From positions 178,622-242,621 of the forward strand of contig JBMORA010000001.1 in NCBI GenBank assembly GCA_049320885.1: 64,000 nt of DNA. Reading direction: 5' to 3'. The stretch is from Thermodesulfobacteriota bacterium. Lineage in GTDB: Bacteria; Desulfobacterota; Desulfobacteria; Desulfobacterales; SURF-7. Shown here piece after piece: positions 1-10,329 of the stretch (its first letter is position 1; every line of letters starts with the position of its first letter). A program made the translations under genes and the position numbers. The notes below the pieces were generated by a model. It was not told the origin of the DNA. It did no database searches and worked only from the letters and a program-made list of their open reading frames with translations.

Positions 1-390
1 CTGGTAAAAGATGGCAGGAGAATGCTGCTGTGCATTCTTCTGTCGTCCATCATATGGGTCATAAACGCCACCTCGTATTATCTGATGGCCCTGGGATGCC
101 CGGACCTCGGACTTTCTCCCCTTGAAATCACGGCCGTCATGCTGATTATCTGCTTTTTCATTGCCCTGCCCTCGGTTCCGGGATTCTGGGGGTTGTGGGA
201 AGCGGGAGGCGTGTTCGCCCTTTCGTTATTCTCCATACCAGCCAAGGACGCAGCCGGCTTTGCCCTTGCCAGCCATGCCGTGCAAATGTTCCCTGTCATC
301 TTCATCGGCATGGTGTCGGCCCTGGTCTATGGCATCAATATCCGGGCCATACAAGTACAGCCAGTCAGTAACGGCGCAATGGATCCATAG
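1..390 (+). CDS. Lysylphosphatidylglycerol synthase TM / flippase-like membrane protein (5' truncated)
   Basis: Frame is open from base 1; hydrophobic helices with 'ALPSVPGFWGLWEAG', the typical PsxPGxxGxxE motif. Confidence 0.7.
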   Translation: MVKDGRRMLLCILLSSIIWVINATSYYLMALGCPDLGLSPLEITAVMLIICFFIALPSVPGFWGLWEAGGVFALSLFSIPAKDAAGFALASHAVQMFPVIFIGMVSALVYGINIRAIQVQPVSNGAMDP

Positions 391-464
391 CTTTTCTCCG
401 GATATGCATTATCATACAATCGTCAGACCAATAAAATGGAAATTCATGATGAAAGGAATATGGA

Positions 465-977
465 ATGGCCGTACTTGAGATCCTAACCTATCCGGATCCA
501 TTTCTCAAAACCAGGACCCGCCCGGTCATTCAATTTGATGACAATCTCCAGGAACTTTTACGGAACATGGCCGATACCATGTACGATGCTCCGGGAGTCG
601 GGCTTGCCGCAACCCAGATCGGCTCGGATCAGAGCATCATCGTATTTGATCCGACCGCCGATAAGGAAAATCGTCCCTACCGGGTTCTGATCAACCCGAA
701 AATCATTGCCGCCGAGGGGGAAATCATCTCTGAAAACGAAGGCTGTCTGAGCGTGCCGGAATTCAGGTCCGATGTGAAACGATCCGAAAAAATGTTGGTG
801 GAAGGCCTGGATGGCTGCGGGGCGCCTGTCAAGATCGAGGCGGAGGGTCTCCTGGCCATCATTCTGCAACATGAAATCGATCATTTGAACGGGGTCTTGT
901 TCATCGACCGCATCAGCACGCTCAAACGGGAAATCTATAAACGCAAGGTCAGAAAGCAATTGAAAACCAGTGCCTGA
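465..977 (+). CDS. def: Peptide deformylase
   Basis: GVGLAATQIG, EGCLSVP and QHEIDHLNG motifs. Confidence 0.97.
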   Translation: MAVLEILTYPDPFLKTRTRPVIQFDDNLQELLRNMADTMYDAPGVGLAATQIGSDQSIIVFDPTADKENRPYRVLINPKIIAAEGEIISENEGCLSVPEFRSDVKRSEKMLVEGLDGCGAPVKIEAEGLLAIILQHEIDHLNGVLFIDRISTLKREIYKRKVRKQLKTSA

Positions 978-1938
978 TTCTTTGACCATCATATTCATGG
1001 GAACCCCGGCATTCGCCTTGCCGGCATTGACGGCGCTCCACCGGAGCCCCCACCGGATTTCCCTTGTGGTGACCCAGCCGGACCGTCCCAAAGGGCGCGG
1101 CCGGAAACCCGTCGCCCCCCCGGTTAAAGTTGCCGCGGAACTGTACGGCTATCCGGTGGTGCAACCGGAGTCCGTCAAAACGGAAGCTTTTCTCCATCAA
1201 GTGGCGGCGCTGAAGCCGGATTTTCTCTGCGTGGTTGCCTTTGGTCAGCTGTTGCCCGAAGCTCTGTTGCGGATACCTCGTTTTTCCGCCTTGAACATCC
1301 ATCCCTCCCTTTTACCCAAATATCGCGGCCCGGCCCCGATCCAGTGGGCTATCCTGAATGAAGAACCGCAAACCGGCGTCACCATCATGGCCCTTGACGC
1401 CGGAATGGATTCCGGGGACATACTGTTATCCGCGACCTATCCGATTCAAGCTGTCGATACGGCCGCCACCCTGCATGACCGTCTCTCGGAAATCGGGGCG
1501 AGCCTGCTCGTCGAGACCATCGACCGTTTTTCCAGGGGGACCATCAGGCCCATTCCCCAGGACTCCTCCCTTGCGACCTTGGCGCCGCTCTTACAAAAAT
1601 CCGACGGGATGATCGACTGGCGCCGGCCGGCCTCACAAATCCATGCCCTCGTGCGGGCAATGGACCCGTGGCCCGGCGCCTTCACTTTCTGGCAGCAATC
1701 CCGTCTGAAAATCTTCTCCGTTCAACAGGCGGAAATGAGCGAACCGGCCGCACCCGGAACGGTCATTCGCGGTTTCGCGGAAGAACTCCGGGTAGCAACG
1801 GGAGACGGCGCCATTTCCATCCTGGAAATCCAGGGTGAATCCGGGAAACGAATGCCCGTGCAGCATTTTTTACGCGGCAAAAACCTGCCGCCCGGAACAG
1901 TTTTTCAAATGGTTCTGTCCTCTGATGAAAAAAAATAA
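970..1938 (+). CDS. fmt: Methionyl-tRNA formyltransferase
   Basis: FMGTPAFA, TQPDRPKGRG, NIHPSLLPKYRGPAPIQ; follows def. Confidence 0.97.
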   Translation: MPDSLTIIFMGTPAFALPALTALHRSPHRISLVVTQPDRPKGRGRKPVAPPVKVAAELYGYPVVQPESVKTEAFLHQVAALKPDFLCVVAFGQLLPEALLRIPRFSALNIHPSLLPKYRGPAPIQWAILNEEPQTGVTIMALDAGMDSGDILLSATYPIQAVDTAATLHDRLSEIGASLLVETIDRFSRGTIRPIPQDSSLATLAPLLQKSDGMIDWRRPASQIHALVRAMDPWPGAFTFWQQSRLKIFSVQQAEMSEPAAPGTVIRGFAEELRVATGDGAISILEIQGESGKRMPVQHFLRGKNLPPGTVFQMVLSSDEKK

Positions 1939-3310
1939 CGCTTCCGGTCCGGACGATGCCCGCGGCATGGCCGTGATGATCCTCAACCTGCTGTCATCCT
2001 CCCGGACCACCCTCGATCAAGCCGTCGAGGAATACCTGACCCGGGACCGAATGCCGTCACACCGCGAACGCTCGCTGGCCATGGCCATTCTGTACGGTGT
2101 CATGCGGTGGCGCGCCAGGCTTGACCATATGATCCGCCATTTCTCCGCTACGCCGCTGAATAAAATCGATCCGGAGATTCTCAACATCCTGAGGATCAGT
2201 CTCTTTCAGCTGTTGTACCTAGACCGCGTTCCGACGTCCGCCGCCGTCAACACGGCGGTGGAACTGACCAAAAAATATGGCCGCCCTTATATCACGCGGT
2301 ACGTGAACGGCGTCCTGAGAAATGCGGCGCGGTCTTTCCAAACGGTTCCGTTTCCTTCCATCGAGGAGGACCCGATTCAAGCCCTGGCGGCTGAGTACGC
2401 ATTTCCCGCATGGCTCATGGAACGTTGGCTCCATCGATTTGGAATGGACCAAACCAGGAAGTTGTGTGAAGCCGTCAATACCATCCCCCCCATCACGATT
2501 CGGGTCAATCCATTGAAGACCTCCCGAGAAACCGTTTACGGAACCTTATCCCCCGCTGTCGAGAGCATCTCACCGACGCCGTATTCACCGGAAGGCCTCC
2601 AGCTGTCCGGACCGTCGACCGCCATTCCGGATTTCCAGGAATTCAAGGATGGGCTCTTCCAGGTTCAGGATGAAGCCTCGCAATTGGTGGCCTATCTCCT
2701 CGCCCCCCGACCCGATGAAACAGTGCTGGACGCCTGTGCCGGCCTCGGCGGGAAAACAGCCAACATTGCCCAGATGATGAACAACAGGGGCAGGCTGGTT
2801 GCCATGGATCTCAGCAGCGCCAAATTGAACCGTCTGGCAACGGAAATGAACCGCATGGGAATCTCCATGGTATATCCGGCGGCTCAGGATATACTGCTTG
2901 AATTCGGCCCGGAGGTTTTGTGCCAATATGACCGGGTTCTTCTGGATGCCCCCTGCTCCGGTTTGGGGGTCCTGCGGAGAAATCCGGATGGGAAATGGTC
3001 CGATGCCAAAAAAAAGCTGCTCCGCTTCCAGCGTAACCAGCTGGCCCTGATCAACCGTCTTGCGGCGCTGGTGAAACCCGGCGGGATCCTGGTCTATTCC
3101 GTTTGCAGTTTCGAACCGGAAGAAAATGAATTGCTGATCGAGACGTTTTTAAACCACCATCCTCAATTCTTCCTGGAAAAACCACCGGAAACGTTCCCGA
3201 ATACGGCCCTTGGATTGATCGATTCCAGGGGCTTTCTGAAAACCTATCCCCACCTTCATCATACCGATGGTTTTTTCGGCGCCCGTCTGCGCAGAAAAAC
3301 ATCCAGTTGA
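1925..3310 (+). CDS. rsmB: 16S rRNA m5C967 methyltransferase RsmB
   Basis: NusB-like N-terminal domain, VQDEASQ, LDACAGLGGKT, DAPCSGLG, YSVCS; start placed at the ATG overlapping the fmt end. Confidence 0.95.
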   Translation: MKKNNASGPDDARGMAVMILNLLSSSRTTLDQAVEEYLTRDRMPSHRERSLAMAILYGVMRWRARLDHMIRHFSATPLNKIDPEILNILRISLFQLLYLDRVPTSAAVNTAVELTKKYGRPYITRYVNGVLRNAARSFQTVPFPSIEEDPIQALAAEYAFPAWLMERWLHRFGMDQTRKLCEAVNTIPPITIRVNPLKTSRETVYGTLSPAVESISPTPYSPEGLQLSGPSTAIPDFQEFKDGLFQVQDEASQLVAYLLAPRPDETVLDACAGLGGKTANIAQMMNNRGRLVAMDLSSAKLNRLATEMNRMGISMVYPAAQDILLEFGPEVLCQYDRVLLDAPCSGLGVLRRNPDGKWSDAKKKLLRFQRNQLALINRLAALVKPGGILVYSVCSFEPEENELLIETFLNHHPQFFLEKPPETFPNTALGLIDSRGFLKTYPHLHHTDGFFGARLRRKTSS

Positions 3311-3331
3311 TGGGGTTTCAAAAAAAGAGGA

Positions 3332-3360
3332 TTGACAGGTTCCGATTTCTCCATTAAAGT
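3332..3360 (+). promoter_or_regulatory. Sigma70-type promoter of the rrf2-hmc operon
   Basis: TTGACA (3332-3337), 17-nt spacer, TAAAGT (3355-3360). Confidence 0.7.
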
Positions 3361-3366
3361 TCACCT

Positions 3367-3391
3367 TTTCTTGACCATGGTGATCAAGAAA
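3367..3391. promoter_or_regulatory. Inverted repeat, candidate operator
   Basis: TTTCTTGA-N9-TCAAGAAA at the predicted transcription start. Confidence 0.55.
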
Positions 3392-3406
3392 GGGGCTTGA
3401 CGGACA

Positions 3407-3868
3407 ATGCTGATCACACAAAAATCACAATACGCGCTGAGAGCCTTATATGAGCTGGCCAGGCGCAGGGGTGATGGCCCTGTCAAGATTTCCGAAATCG
3501 CCGGTGCCCAGAAGATACCTCATCGCTTTCTGGAGGTGATCCTGAGCCAGTTGCGACGCTCGGGCATGGTCGATTCCAAACGCGGTTATCATGGTGGTTA
3601 CGTTCTGAGCCGTGAACCGGAAAAAATTTCAGTCGGCGATGTCCTTCGATTTCTACAGCAAACCACCAGCCCGGAACAGTGCATTGCCTGCGAGACGAAA
3701 TACAATTGCCCGTTCATGGGCGATTGTGTTTTCATGCCCATGTGGAATAAAGTGCGAATGGCCATTTTCGATATCTACGACAAAACCACCATTCAAGAAC
3801 TCCTCACAACAGACAAACGAACCAAAGTTGGATCGGGAAGAATCAGGAAAAAAACAGCCGCCAAATGA
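3407..3868 (+). CDS. rrf2: Rrf2-family transcriptional regulator, probably Fe-S binding
   Basis: YALRAL...SKRGYHGGY winged HTH; Cys cluster CIACETKYNCPFMGDC. Confidence 0.92.
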   Translation: MLITQKSQYALRALYELARRRGDGPVKISEIAGAQKIPHRFLEVILSQLRRSGMVDSKRGYHGGYVLSREPEKISVGDVLRFLQQTTSPEQCIACETKYNCPFMGDCVFMPMWNKVRMAIFDIYDKTTIQELLTTDKRTKVGSGRIRKKTAAK

Positions 3869-3882
3869 ATAAGGAAGTCAAC

Positions 3883-5451
3883 ATGAAGATGGGAATAGCG
3901 CTACGATGGAAGGGAATTTTTTGTATTATAGCCCTGTTGTCTATTTCAACCATCCGGGTTTCCGGAACCGAGACCCAACAACAGGCGGATTCCGCACCCG
4001 ATCCAGCCGGTATCATCTCCATCGATGGCATGAAAATTTTCGGCGATCTGGAACGACCCCCCGTTCTGTTTCAGCATGACCGGCATACAGCCGCCGTCCA
4101 AAAACAGGGAAAGGACTGCACGGTCTGTCATCTGCAACAGGAAGGCAACCTGCTGCTGCTTTTCAAACGCGCCGAAAACAGCGCCCCCAAGGCGGTGATG
4201 AATTTGTATCATGAGAACTGCATTGCCTGCCACAAGGAAACCGATGCAGCCAAACAGCCGTCAGGACCGGTGGAATGCGGCGGCTGTCATGTGGAGAAAC
4301 CGACCGTTCAACCGGCTCAACAACCTGCGGGCATGGATAAATCCCTGCATTTCCGTCACAGCAAGGCCTTGGAAAACAAATGCGACAGCTGCCACCATGA
4401 GTACGACAGCGTGGCCAAAAAACTGATCTATGTCAAAGATGCGGAGGGTTCCTGCAGATTTTGCCATAAACAGGTCACCGAGGAAAACAGGATATCCATC
4501 TCGCTGGCCGCTCACAAGGCCTGTATCGGCTGCCATCTCAAAACCGCTTCCCGGCAGCAGAAAACCGGCCCCTTCACCTGTGCCGGTTGCCATAATGCGG
4601 AATCCCGGCGACTCGTTGAAAAAATCTCGCCGGTCCCGCGCATGGAACGCAAACAGCCGGATGTCGCGATGATCAAAACCGGAAAAGAACAAGTCGAACA
4701 TCGCATGAATTTTACCCCCTTCGACCATAAGGCCCATGAAAATTACAATGATACCTGCCGTGTCTGCCATCACGCCGGGATGCAGGCCTGCAATACCTGT
4801 CATACCATGGACGGCAAAAAGGAGGGTGCGGACATTCGCCTGGAACAGGCCATGCATCGAATCAATGCCGATCCGAGTTGCATCGGTTGCCATACCCGGC
4901 AGCAGCAAAAAAGAGAATGCGCCGGCTGCCACGCCCTGATGTCCCCGGATGGCGGCAGCTCCGATGCGACCTGCGCCAAATGCCATTCCGCAATTCCCAC
5001 GGCTGACCAACAATCCGTCACCCCGGAAGAAGAAAAAGCCGCTGCCGCGGCCCTTCTCGGCGCACGGACGTTCATTACCGGATTGCCGGAAGAAAAAGAC
5101 ATCCCGGAAAAGGTTGTCATCAAAAGAATGTCCGACAAATATGAACCGGTGGAGCTCCCCCACCGGAAAATTGTAAAGACCCTGTTTGAAGAAATCAAGG
5201 ACAACAAACTCGCCGGTTATTTCCATGCCAGACAGGAGACCATTTGTCAGGGATGCCACCATAACAGCCCGGCCTCGCTGAATCCGCCCCAATGCGTCAG
5301 CTGTCATGGGAAGCCCTTCAGCGATCCGGACGTTCTGAAGCCTGGTCTTCTGGGCGCCTACCATATTCAATGCATGGAATGTCATAAAAAAATGGAAATT
5401 GACAAACCCGCGACTTGTACCGAATGTCATAAAAAAAAGAATACGAATTGA
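3883..5451 (+). CDS. hmcA: High-molecular-weight cytochrome c (16 hemes)
   Basis: 16 CxxCH motifs counted; signal peptide; AAGGAAG RBS before ATG 3883. Confidence 0.93.
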   Translation: MKMGIALRWKGIFCIIALLSISTIRVSGTETQQQADSAPDPAGIISIDGMKIFGDLERPPVLFQHDRHTAAVQKQGKDCTVCHLQQEGNLLLLFKRAENSAPKAVMNLYHENCIACHKETDAAKQPSGPVECGGCHVEKPTVQPAQQPAGMDKSLHFRHSKALENKCDSCHHEYDSVAKKLIYVKDAEGSCRFCHKQVTEENRISISLAAHKACIGCHLKTASRQQKTGPFTCAGCHNAESRRLVEKISPVPRMERKQPDVAMIKTGKEQVEHRMNFTPFDHKAHENYNDTCRVCHHAGMQACNTCHTMDGKKEGADIRLEQAMHRINADPSCIGCHTRQQQKRECAGCHALMSPDGGSSDATCAKCHSAIPTADQQSVTPEEEKAAAAALLGARTFITGLPEEKDIPEKVVIKRMSDKYEPVELPHRKIVKTLFEEIKDNKLAGYFHARQETICQGCHHNSPASLNPPQCVSCHGKPFSDPDVLKPGLLGAYHIQCMECHKKMEIDKPATCTECHKKKNTN

Positions 5452-5512
5452 GTGCGCTTTGTCGCCATGAAACGGACCCTGTCCATTTATGAACAACGTA
5501 GAGGTAAGATAA

Positions 5513-6631
5513 ATGGCCATATCTAGACGAAAATTTTTAGGCTGGATGGGTGCAGCAGGAATCGGTTCCACTATCGGCAAATCCGCCGGGGCCGCCTCCA
5601 CGGAACATTTCACCGGCCACCCGGACAGCTTCGGCGTATTGCATGATATCACCCGTTGCGTCGGGTGTCGCAAATGCGAAGCAGCTTGCAATACCGTCAA
5701 CCAGCTGCCGGCCCCTGCAAAACCGTTTGACGACTTGACGGTGCTGGATCACAAACGCGGCACCGCCAACGACGCTTATACGGTTGTGAATCGATATGAG
5801 AATGCATCCAATCCCGCCGGCCTGCCGATTTTCAGAAAGATTCAATGCAACCACTGCCTGGAACCTGCCTGCGCTTCCGTATGTTTTGTCCGCGCTTTCC
5901 GGAAAACGGATAAAGGCCCGGTAGTATATGATGAATCGGTCTGCGTCGGTTGTCGGTATTGCATGGTCGCATGCCCGTTTGAAATTCCGACCTATGAATA
6001 CGACCAACCGCTGACCCCGCGAGTGCTGAAATGCACCCTTTGCGCGCCTCGATTGGAACAAGGGCTGTTACCGGGTTGTGTGGAGGCCTGCCCGAAAGAA
6101 GCACTTACTTTCGGAAAACGTGATGACCTGATCCAGACCGCCAGGGAGCGCATCCGCAGATATCCGGGCAGATATATGGATCATATTTACGGTGAGAGCG
6201 AGATGGGAGGAACCAGCTGGCTCTATCTATCCGGGGTTCCCTTTGCATCCATCGGAATGCGGGAGGATTTGGGAATCAAGCCCGCTCCCGAACTGACCGC
6301 CGGCGCGCTCAGCATAGTCCCCATGGTGGTTGGATTATGGCCGGTTCTGTTGACCGGGGTCTATGCCATGAGCAAGCGCAAGGAAAAAATCGCCGACGAG
6401 GAAAAATCCGCCGCCGTTCTCGCGGCCATAGAGGAAACGGAAGACAACGCCCGCGCGAATCTGGCTCAGGCATTGGAAAAAGCGAAGAAGGAAAAAGAAA
6501 AGGCCTTGGAACAGGCTGAAAAAGCCAAAGCCCAGGCCATCAAGCAAGCGTTGGAAGAAGCGGCGAAAACCCAAACCGGGAGCACTCAAGAACCTGGGTC
6601 TCAGCCGCAAGGTAAGGGGGAGGAGTCCTGA
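5513..6631 (+). CDS. hmcB: Hmc complex periplasmic Fe-S subunit
   Basis: Tat signal SRRKFLG; four 4Fe-4S Cys groups; C-terminal TM helix and charged tail. Confidence 0.92.
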   Translation: MAISRRKFLGWMGAAGIGSTIGKSAGAASTEHFTGHPDSFGVLHDITRCVGCRKCEAACNTVNQLPAPAKPFDDLTVLDHKRGTANDAYTVVNRYENASNPAGLPIFRKIQCNHCLEPACASVCFVRAFRKTDKGPVVYDESVCVGCRYCMVACPFEIPTYEYDQPLTPRVLKCTLCAPRLEQGLLPGCVEACPKEALTFGKRDDLIQTARERIRRYPGRYMDHIYGESEMGGTSWLYLSGVPFASIGMREDLGIKPAPELTAGALSIVPMVVGLWPVLLTGVYAMSKRKEKIADEEKSAAVLAAIEETEDNARANLAQALEKAKKEKEKALEQAEKAKAQAIKQALEEAAKTQTGSTQEPGSQPQGKGEES

Positions 6632-7803
6632 TGTCCGGAGAACGTACTGCTGTCAGCAAATCCATTTTCACACCGTTCAATCTGATTGCCGGCGTTATCG
6701 TGCTCGTCGGGCTGTTCATCACCGTGCTGCGTTTTGTGAAGGGCCTGGGAGCGACGACCAACTTGTCGAACCATACACCCTGGGGCATATGGATCGGTTT
6801 TGACCTGCTGGTGGGCGTAGCGCTGGCAGCCGGGGGCTACGTCACATCCGCCGCCGTTTATGTGTTCGGCATGAAGCGATATCATTCAGCTGTCCGCCCG
6901 GCTGTGCTGACCGGCTTCCTCGGATACCTGTTCGTCGTCATCGCGCTGCATTATGACGTCGGCCGTCCCTGGCGTCTGCCCTACCCTTTCATCGTCGGCT
7001 GGGGCACCACATCCCTGCTGTTTGAGGTCGGTCTTTGCGTAGCCCTCTATCTCACCGTTCTTTTCCTGGAATTTACTCCCGCTCCGCTGGAATGGCTGGG
7101 ATTGAAAAAGACCCGCGACCTCGCGGTGAAACTGACCATGGTGCTGACCATTTTCGGTGTGGTTCTATCAACCCTGCATCAGTCATCCCTGGGCGCGCTT
7201 TTCCTGATTGCTCCCTCCAAGCTGCACCCCCTCTGGTATTCACCTTATCTGCCGGTTTTCTTTTTTGTTTCAAGCATTATAGCCGGCCTTTCCATGGTGA
7301 TGTTCGAGGGTTCGCTTTCCCATAAGGCGTTTCATCATAAAATGGATGAGACCCATCTGGCCGAAAGCGACCCCCTGGTGCTCGGATTCGGGAAAGCGGC
7401 CGCTCTCGTCCTTGCCGGATATTTCACCATCAAAATCGTGGGACTCACGGCCGGAAACCACTGGCATCTGCTGACAACCCCCTACGGGTACTGGTTTTTA
7501 CTTGAACTGATCGGATTTGTTGCGCTACCTTGTTTTCTGTACGCCATCGGCGCAAGGGAAAAGAATGTCAAACTCATCCGTTTCACCGCCGCATGGACAG
7601 TGGCCGGCATCGTTTTAAACCGTTTGAACGTATCGGTAATCGCATTCAATTATCATCTGCCGGCGAGCGAACGGTATGTGCCCCACTGGATGGAGATCGG
7701 CATCTCGGTTTTCATGGTGACATTGCTGATCCTTTTTTTCCGTTTCATCGTAACCCGGATGCCGATTCTGTATGAGCATCCGGATTATAAAACCGGCCAT
7801 TAG
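6631..7803 (+). CDS. hmcC: Hmc complex membrane subunit (NrfD/HybB family)
   Basis: PWGIWIGFD, DVGRPWR, LSTLHQSSLG, KLHPLW. Confidence 0.92.
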   Translation: MSGERTAVSKSIFTPFNLIAGVIVLVGLFITVLRFVKGLGATTNLSNHTPWGIWIGFDLLVGVALAAGGYVTSAAVYVFGMKRYHSAVRPAVLTGFLGYLFVVIALHYDVGRPWRLPYPFIVGWGTTSLLFEVGLCVALYLTVLFLEFTPAPLEWLGLKKTRDLAVKLTMVLTIFGVVLSTLHQSSLGALFLIAPSKLHPLWYSPYLPVFFFVSSIIAGLSMVMFEGSLSHKAFHHKMDETHLAESDPLVLGFGKAAALVLAGYFTIKIVGLTAGNHWHLLTTPYGYWFLLELIGFVALPCFLYAIGAREKNVKLIRFTAAWTVAGIVLNRLNVSVIAFNYHLPASERYVPHWMEIGISVFMVTLLILFFRFIVTRMPILYEHPDYKTGH

Positions 7804-7822
7804 CAAAGGGAAGGACCGTTAA

Positions 7823-7993
7823 ATGCATCCTGTCTTTTTTACACTGCATGATTTTTTATTGCATACGGAAAGCTTGACCTATTTGGTAATGTTGCTCTCC
7901 CTGCTGAGCTTCCTCGGTTTCTGGTTTTTTCTGACCGAACGGGACGATGAGGAGCGGGAGGAAAATCAACAAAAGCATCAGGGGCATCACTAG
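7823..7993 (+). CDS. hmcD: Hmc complex small membrane subunit (56 aa)
   Basis: Manually translated as MHPVFFTLHDFLLHTESLTYLVMLLSLLSFLGFWFFLTERDDEEREENQQKHQGHH; GGAAGGA RBS; lies between hmcC and hmcE. Confidence 0.85.
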   Translation: MHPVFFTLHDFLLHTESLTYLVMLLSLLSFLGFWFFLTERDDEEREENQQKHQGHH

Positions 7994-8028
7994 TTCCGCC
8001 ACCTGTTCGTGTAAGTGTAGGAGAAATT

Positions 8029-8706
8029 ATGTACGAGATCGTTACCGGACCACTGGCTTGGCTGTCATTTCTCATTTTTTCCATCGGGATATTGGTGCGT
8101 ATCGTCCTTTATATCAAAGGGCTTGACTGGAAGCTTGACCGTGTCACCTATTCCGTCAACACGGCTTACGGCATCAAGGGGGCTGTCCGCTCCATCCTGT
8201 TCTGGATCGTGCCCTTCGGCGCGAGAAGCTGGCGCACAAAACCTCTTTTTACCGTCATGGTTTTTACGTTTCATATCGGTTTGCTGGTCACGCCTGTTTT
8301 CCTCATCGGACATAACCTCCTGCTCCAGGAACGCTGGGGAATCACCTTATGGACCCTGAGTGAGAATACCGCCGATCTCCTTACGTTGATCGTCATTATT
8401 TCAGCTGTTTTCTTGGCCCTGCGGCGGATCGCCCTCCCCGAGGTGCGCATCCTGACCACTGCATACGATTATCTGTTGCTCCTGATAGCAGTCGCGCCAT
8501 TCATAACCGGCTTTTTGGCTCACCGCCAGGTGACGGATTACCAGTTCTGGCTTATTCTTCACATCCTGAGCGGTGAAATCTGGCTGATCGCCATTCCGTT
8601 TACCAAGCTTTCTCACATCGTCATGTTCTTTTTGTCCCGAGCCCAGATCGGCATGGATTTCGGCATCAAACGGGGGGGGATGAAAGGTCGGGGGATGGTT
8701 TGGTAG
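8029..8706 (+). CDS. hmcE: Hmc complex NarI-like cytochrome b subunit
   Basis: Multi-TM protein with His ligands (FHIG, IGH, LHIL, PFTKLSH). Confidence 0.9.
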   Translation: MYEIVTGPLAWLSFLIFSIGILVRIVLYIKGLDWKLDRVTYSVNTAYGIKGAVRSILFWIVPFGARSWRTKPLFTVMVFTFHIGLLVTPVFLIGHNLLLQERWGITLWTLSENTADLLTLIVIISAVFLALRRIALPEVRILTTAYDYLLLLIAVAPFITGFLAHRQVTDYQFWLILHILSGEIWLIAIPFTKLSHIVMFFLSRAQIGMDFGIKRGGMKGRGMVW

Positions 8707-8745
8707 GATATTGTTGGACCATTAATCTTTTCGGGAATCGACACC

Positions 8746-10134
8746 ATGGCTGAAGGAAAACTTTGCAATCGAAAACCGGTAACCACCAAGGAAGAACTCC
8801 AGGCGCTTCTGGATGATAAAAACGGCATCCAGTATTATCAGGAAATGAATCAGCTCGATGTGGACCGCGGCGCTCTCTGGGACACGATTCAGAAAACCTG
8901 CAAATCGCGGCTAAGGACATGGCTCGAAATCTGTGCCCGATGCGGACTTTGCGCCGACAGCTGTTTTTTTTACCTGGCGAACAAAAAGGACCCCAAACAA
9001 GTCCCCTCCTATAAAATCCAATCCACCCTCGGTGAAATCGTCCGACGGAAGGGCGACGTTACCAATGCTTTCATGCAGATGGTAATGGATACGGCCTGGG
9101 GAAAGTGCACCTGCTGCAACCGCTGCGCCCTTTACTGCCCATTCGGAATCGATATGGGGGTCATGTTCGGATACCTCCGCGGTCTTTGCTTTTCACAGGG
9201 ATTCGTGCCATGGGAGTTGAAAATCGGTGCCGGAATGCATCGCATTTACAAAGCACAGATGGATGTGACTTCCGAAGACTGGGTGGAAACCTGTGAATGG
9301 ATGTGTGATGAAAACCAGGAAGACTGGCCCGGTCTGGAGATCCCCGTCGACAAAGAGAATGCCGATTTTATCTACACGGTCAATGCCCGTGAACCCAAGC
9401 ATTATCCGGAGGATCTGGCGGAAGCCGCCATTTTGTTCCATATCGCCGGTGAAAACTGGACGGTGCCGAGTGAAGGATGGGAAGAAACCAGTCTGGCCAT
9501 GTTCGCCGGCGACTGGGAAGGATGCCGGCAGCAAGTAACGGCCGTCTATGATGCCATGGAGCGATTGAAACCGAAACGGATGGTCGTGACCGAATGCGGT
9601 CATGCCTATCGGGCCACGGTGATTGAAGGGCCCTATTGGGCCGGTTTGAAAAGCGGGAAAACACCGGTTGAAACGCTTCACTACGTCGAATGGGTGGCGG
9701 AAGCCTTGCGAACCGGCAAGCTGAAGATCGACCCCGCCAAAAAGATCAAGGAACCGGTGACCTATCAAGACTCGTGCAATTATATCCGCAATGCCGGGCT
9801 GAAAGATGCGGCCCGGTATATCATGAGTCAAATAGCGGAAGATTTCAGGGAAATGACTCCCAACAGGGAGCATAATTTCTGTTGCGGCGGCGGCGGCGGG
9901 ATGAACGGCCTCGGCCGCTACCGCAAGGAACGTAACATCGGTCTGAAAGTCAAGCGGGATCAAATTCTTGCCACCGGCGCCAAACTGGTCATTTCTCCCT
10001 GTCACAACTGCTGGGATGCCATCAGGGATCTGGAAGAAGTGTATGAAATCGGTATCCGCTGGTCCTTCCTCAAACCATTGTTGTTAAAAATGGTGGTCAT
10101 CCCGGATCACCTCAAGCCGGAAGAAGAAGAATAA
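8746..10134 (+). CDS. hmcF: Hmc complex HdrD/DsrK-like Fe-S oxidoreductase
   Basis: [28 protein letters not shown] and CCGGGGG (CCG domain). Confidence 0.92.
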   Translation: MAEGKLCNRKPVTTKEELQALLDDKNGIQYYQEMNQLDVDRGALWDTIQKTCKSRLRTWLEICARCGLCADSCFFYLANKKDPKQVPSYKIQSTLGEIVRRKGDVTNAFMQMVMDTAWGKCTCCNRCALYCPFGIDMGVMFGYLRGLCFSQGFVPWELKIGAGMHRIYKAQMDVTSEDWVETCEWMCDENQEDWPGLEIPVDKENADFIYTVNAREPKHYPEDLAEAAILFHIAGENWTVPSEGWEETSLAMFAGDWEGCRQQVTAVYDAMERLKPKRMVVTECGHAYRATVIEGPYWAGLKSGKTPVETLHYVEWVAEALRTGKLKIDPAKKIKEPVTYQDSCNYIRNAGLKDAARYIMSQIAEDFREMTPNREHNFCCGGGGGMNGLGRYRKERNIGLKVKRDQILATGAKLVISPCHNCWDAIRDLEEVYEIGIRWSFLKPLLLKMVVIPDHLKPEEEE

Positions 10135-10160
10135 TAATCCACCCACCGCGAAAGTCGCCG

Positions 10161-10194
10161 AAAGGGAGCGTCGAAAGACGTCTCCCTTTTTTTT
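10161..10194 (+). terminator. Intrinsic terminator of the hmc operon
   Basis: AAAGGGAG-CGTC-GAAA-GACG-T-CTCCCTTT followed by a T run. Confidence 0.8.
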
Positions 10195-10329
10195 CTTCCG
10201 CGCCTTGATCCGGTCCGCCCCTGCGGAAATGCGCCGAAAATGCATCGTTGAGCCGATTGACATCTGCAAGGATTCTGACTACAATCCCCACCAAAACGTG
10301 ACGCATCCGCCCCTATTACGGTTTTCATC

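Noticed and set aside
6380..6631. Ala/Glu/Lys-rich repetitive tail of HmcB
   Set aside because: As I recall, a charged helical tail is a normal feature of HmcB.
8672..8679. G8 tract in hmcE (also C9 at 18845-18853 in dnaE) as possible phase-variation sites
   Set aside because: Both are in frame and encode Gly-rich segments; one is at a gene end and the other is in an essential gene.
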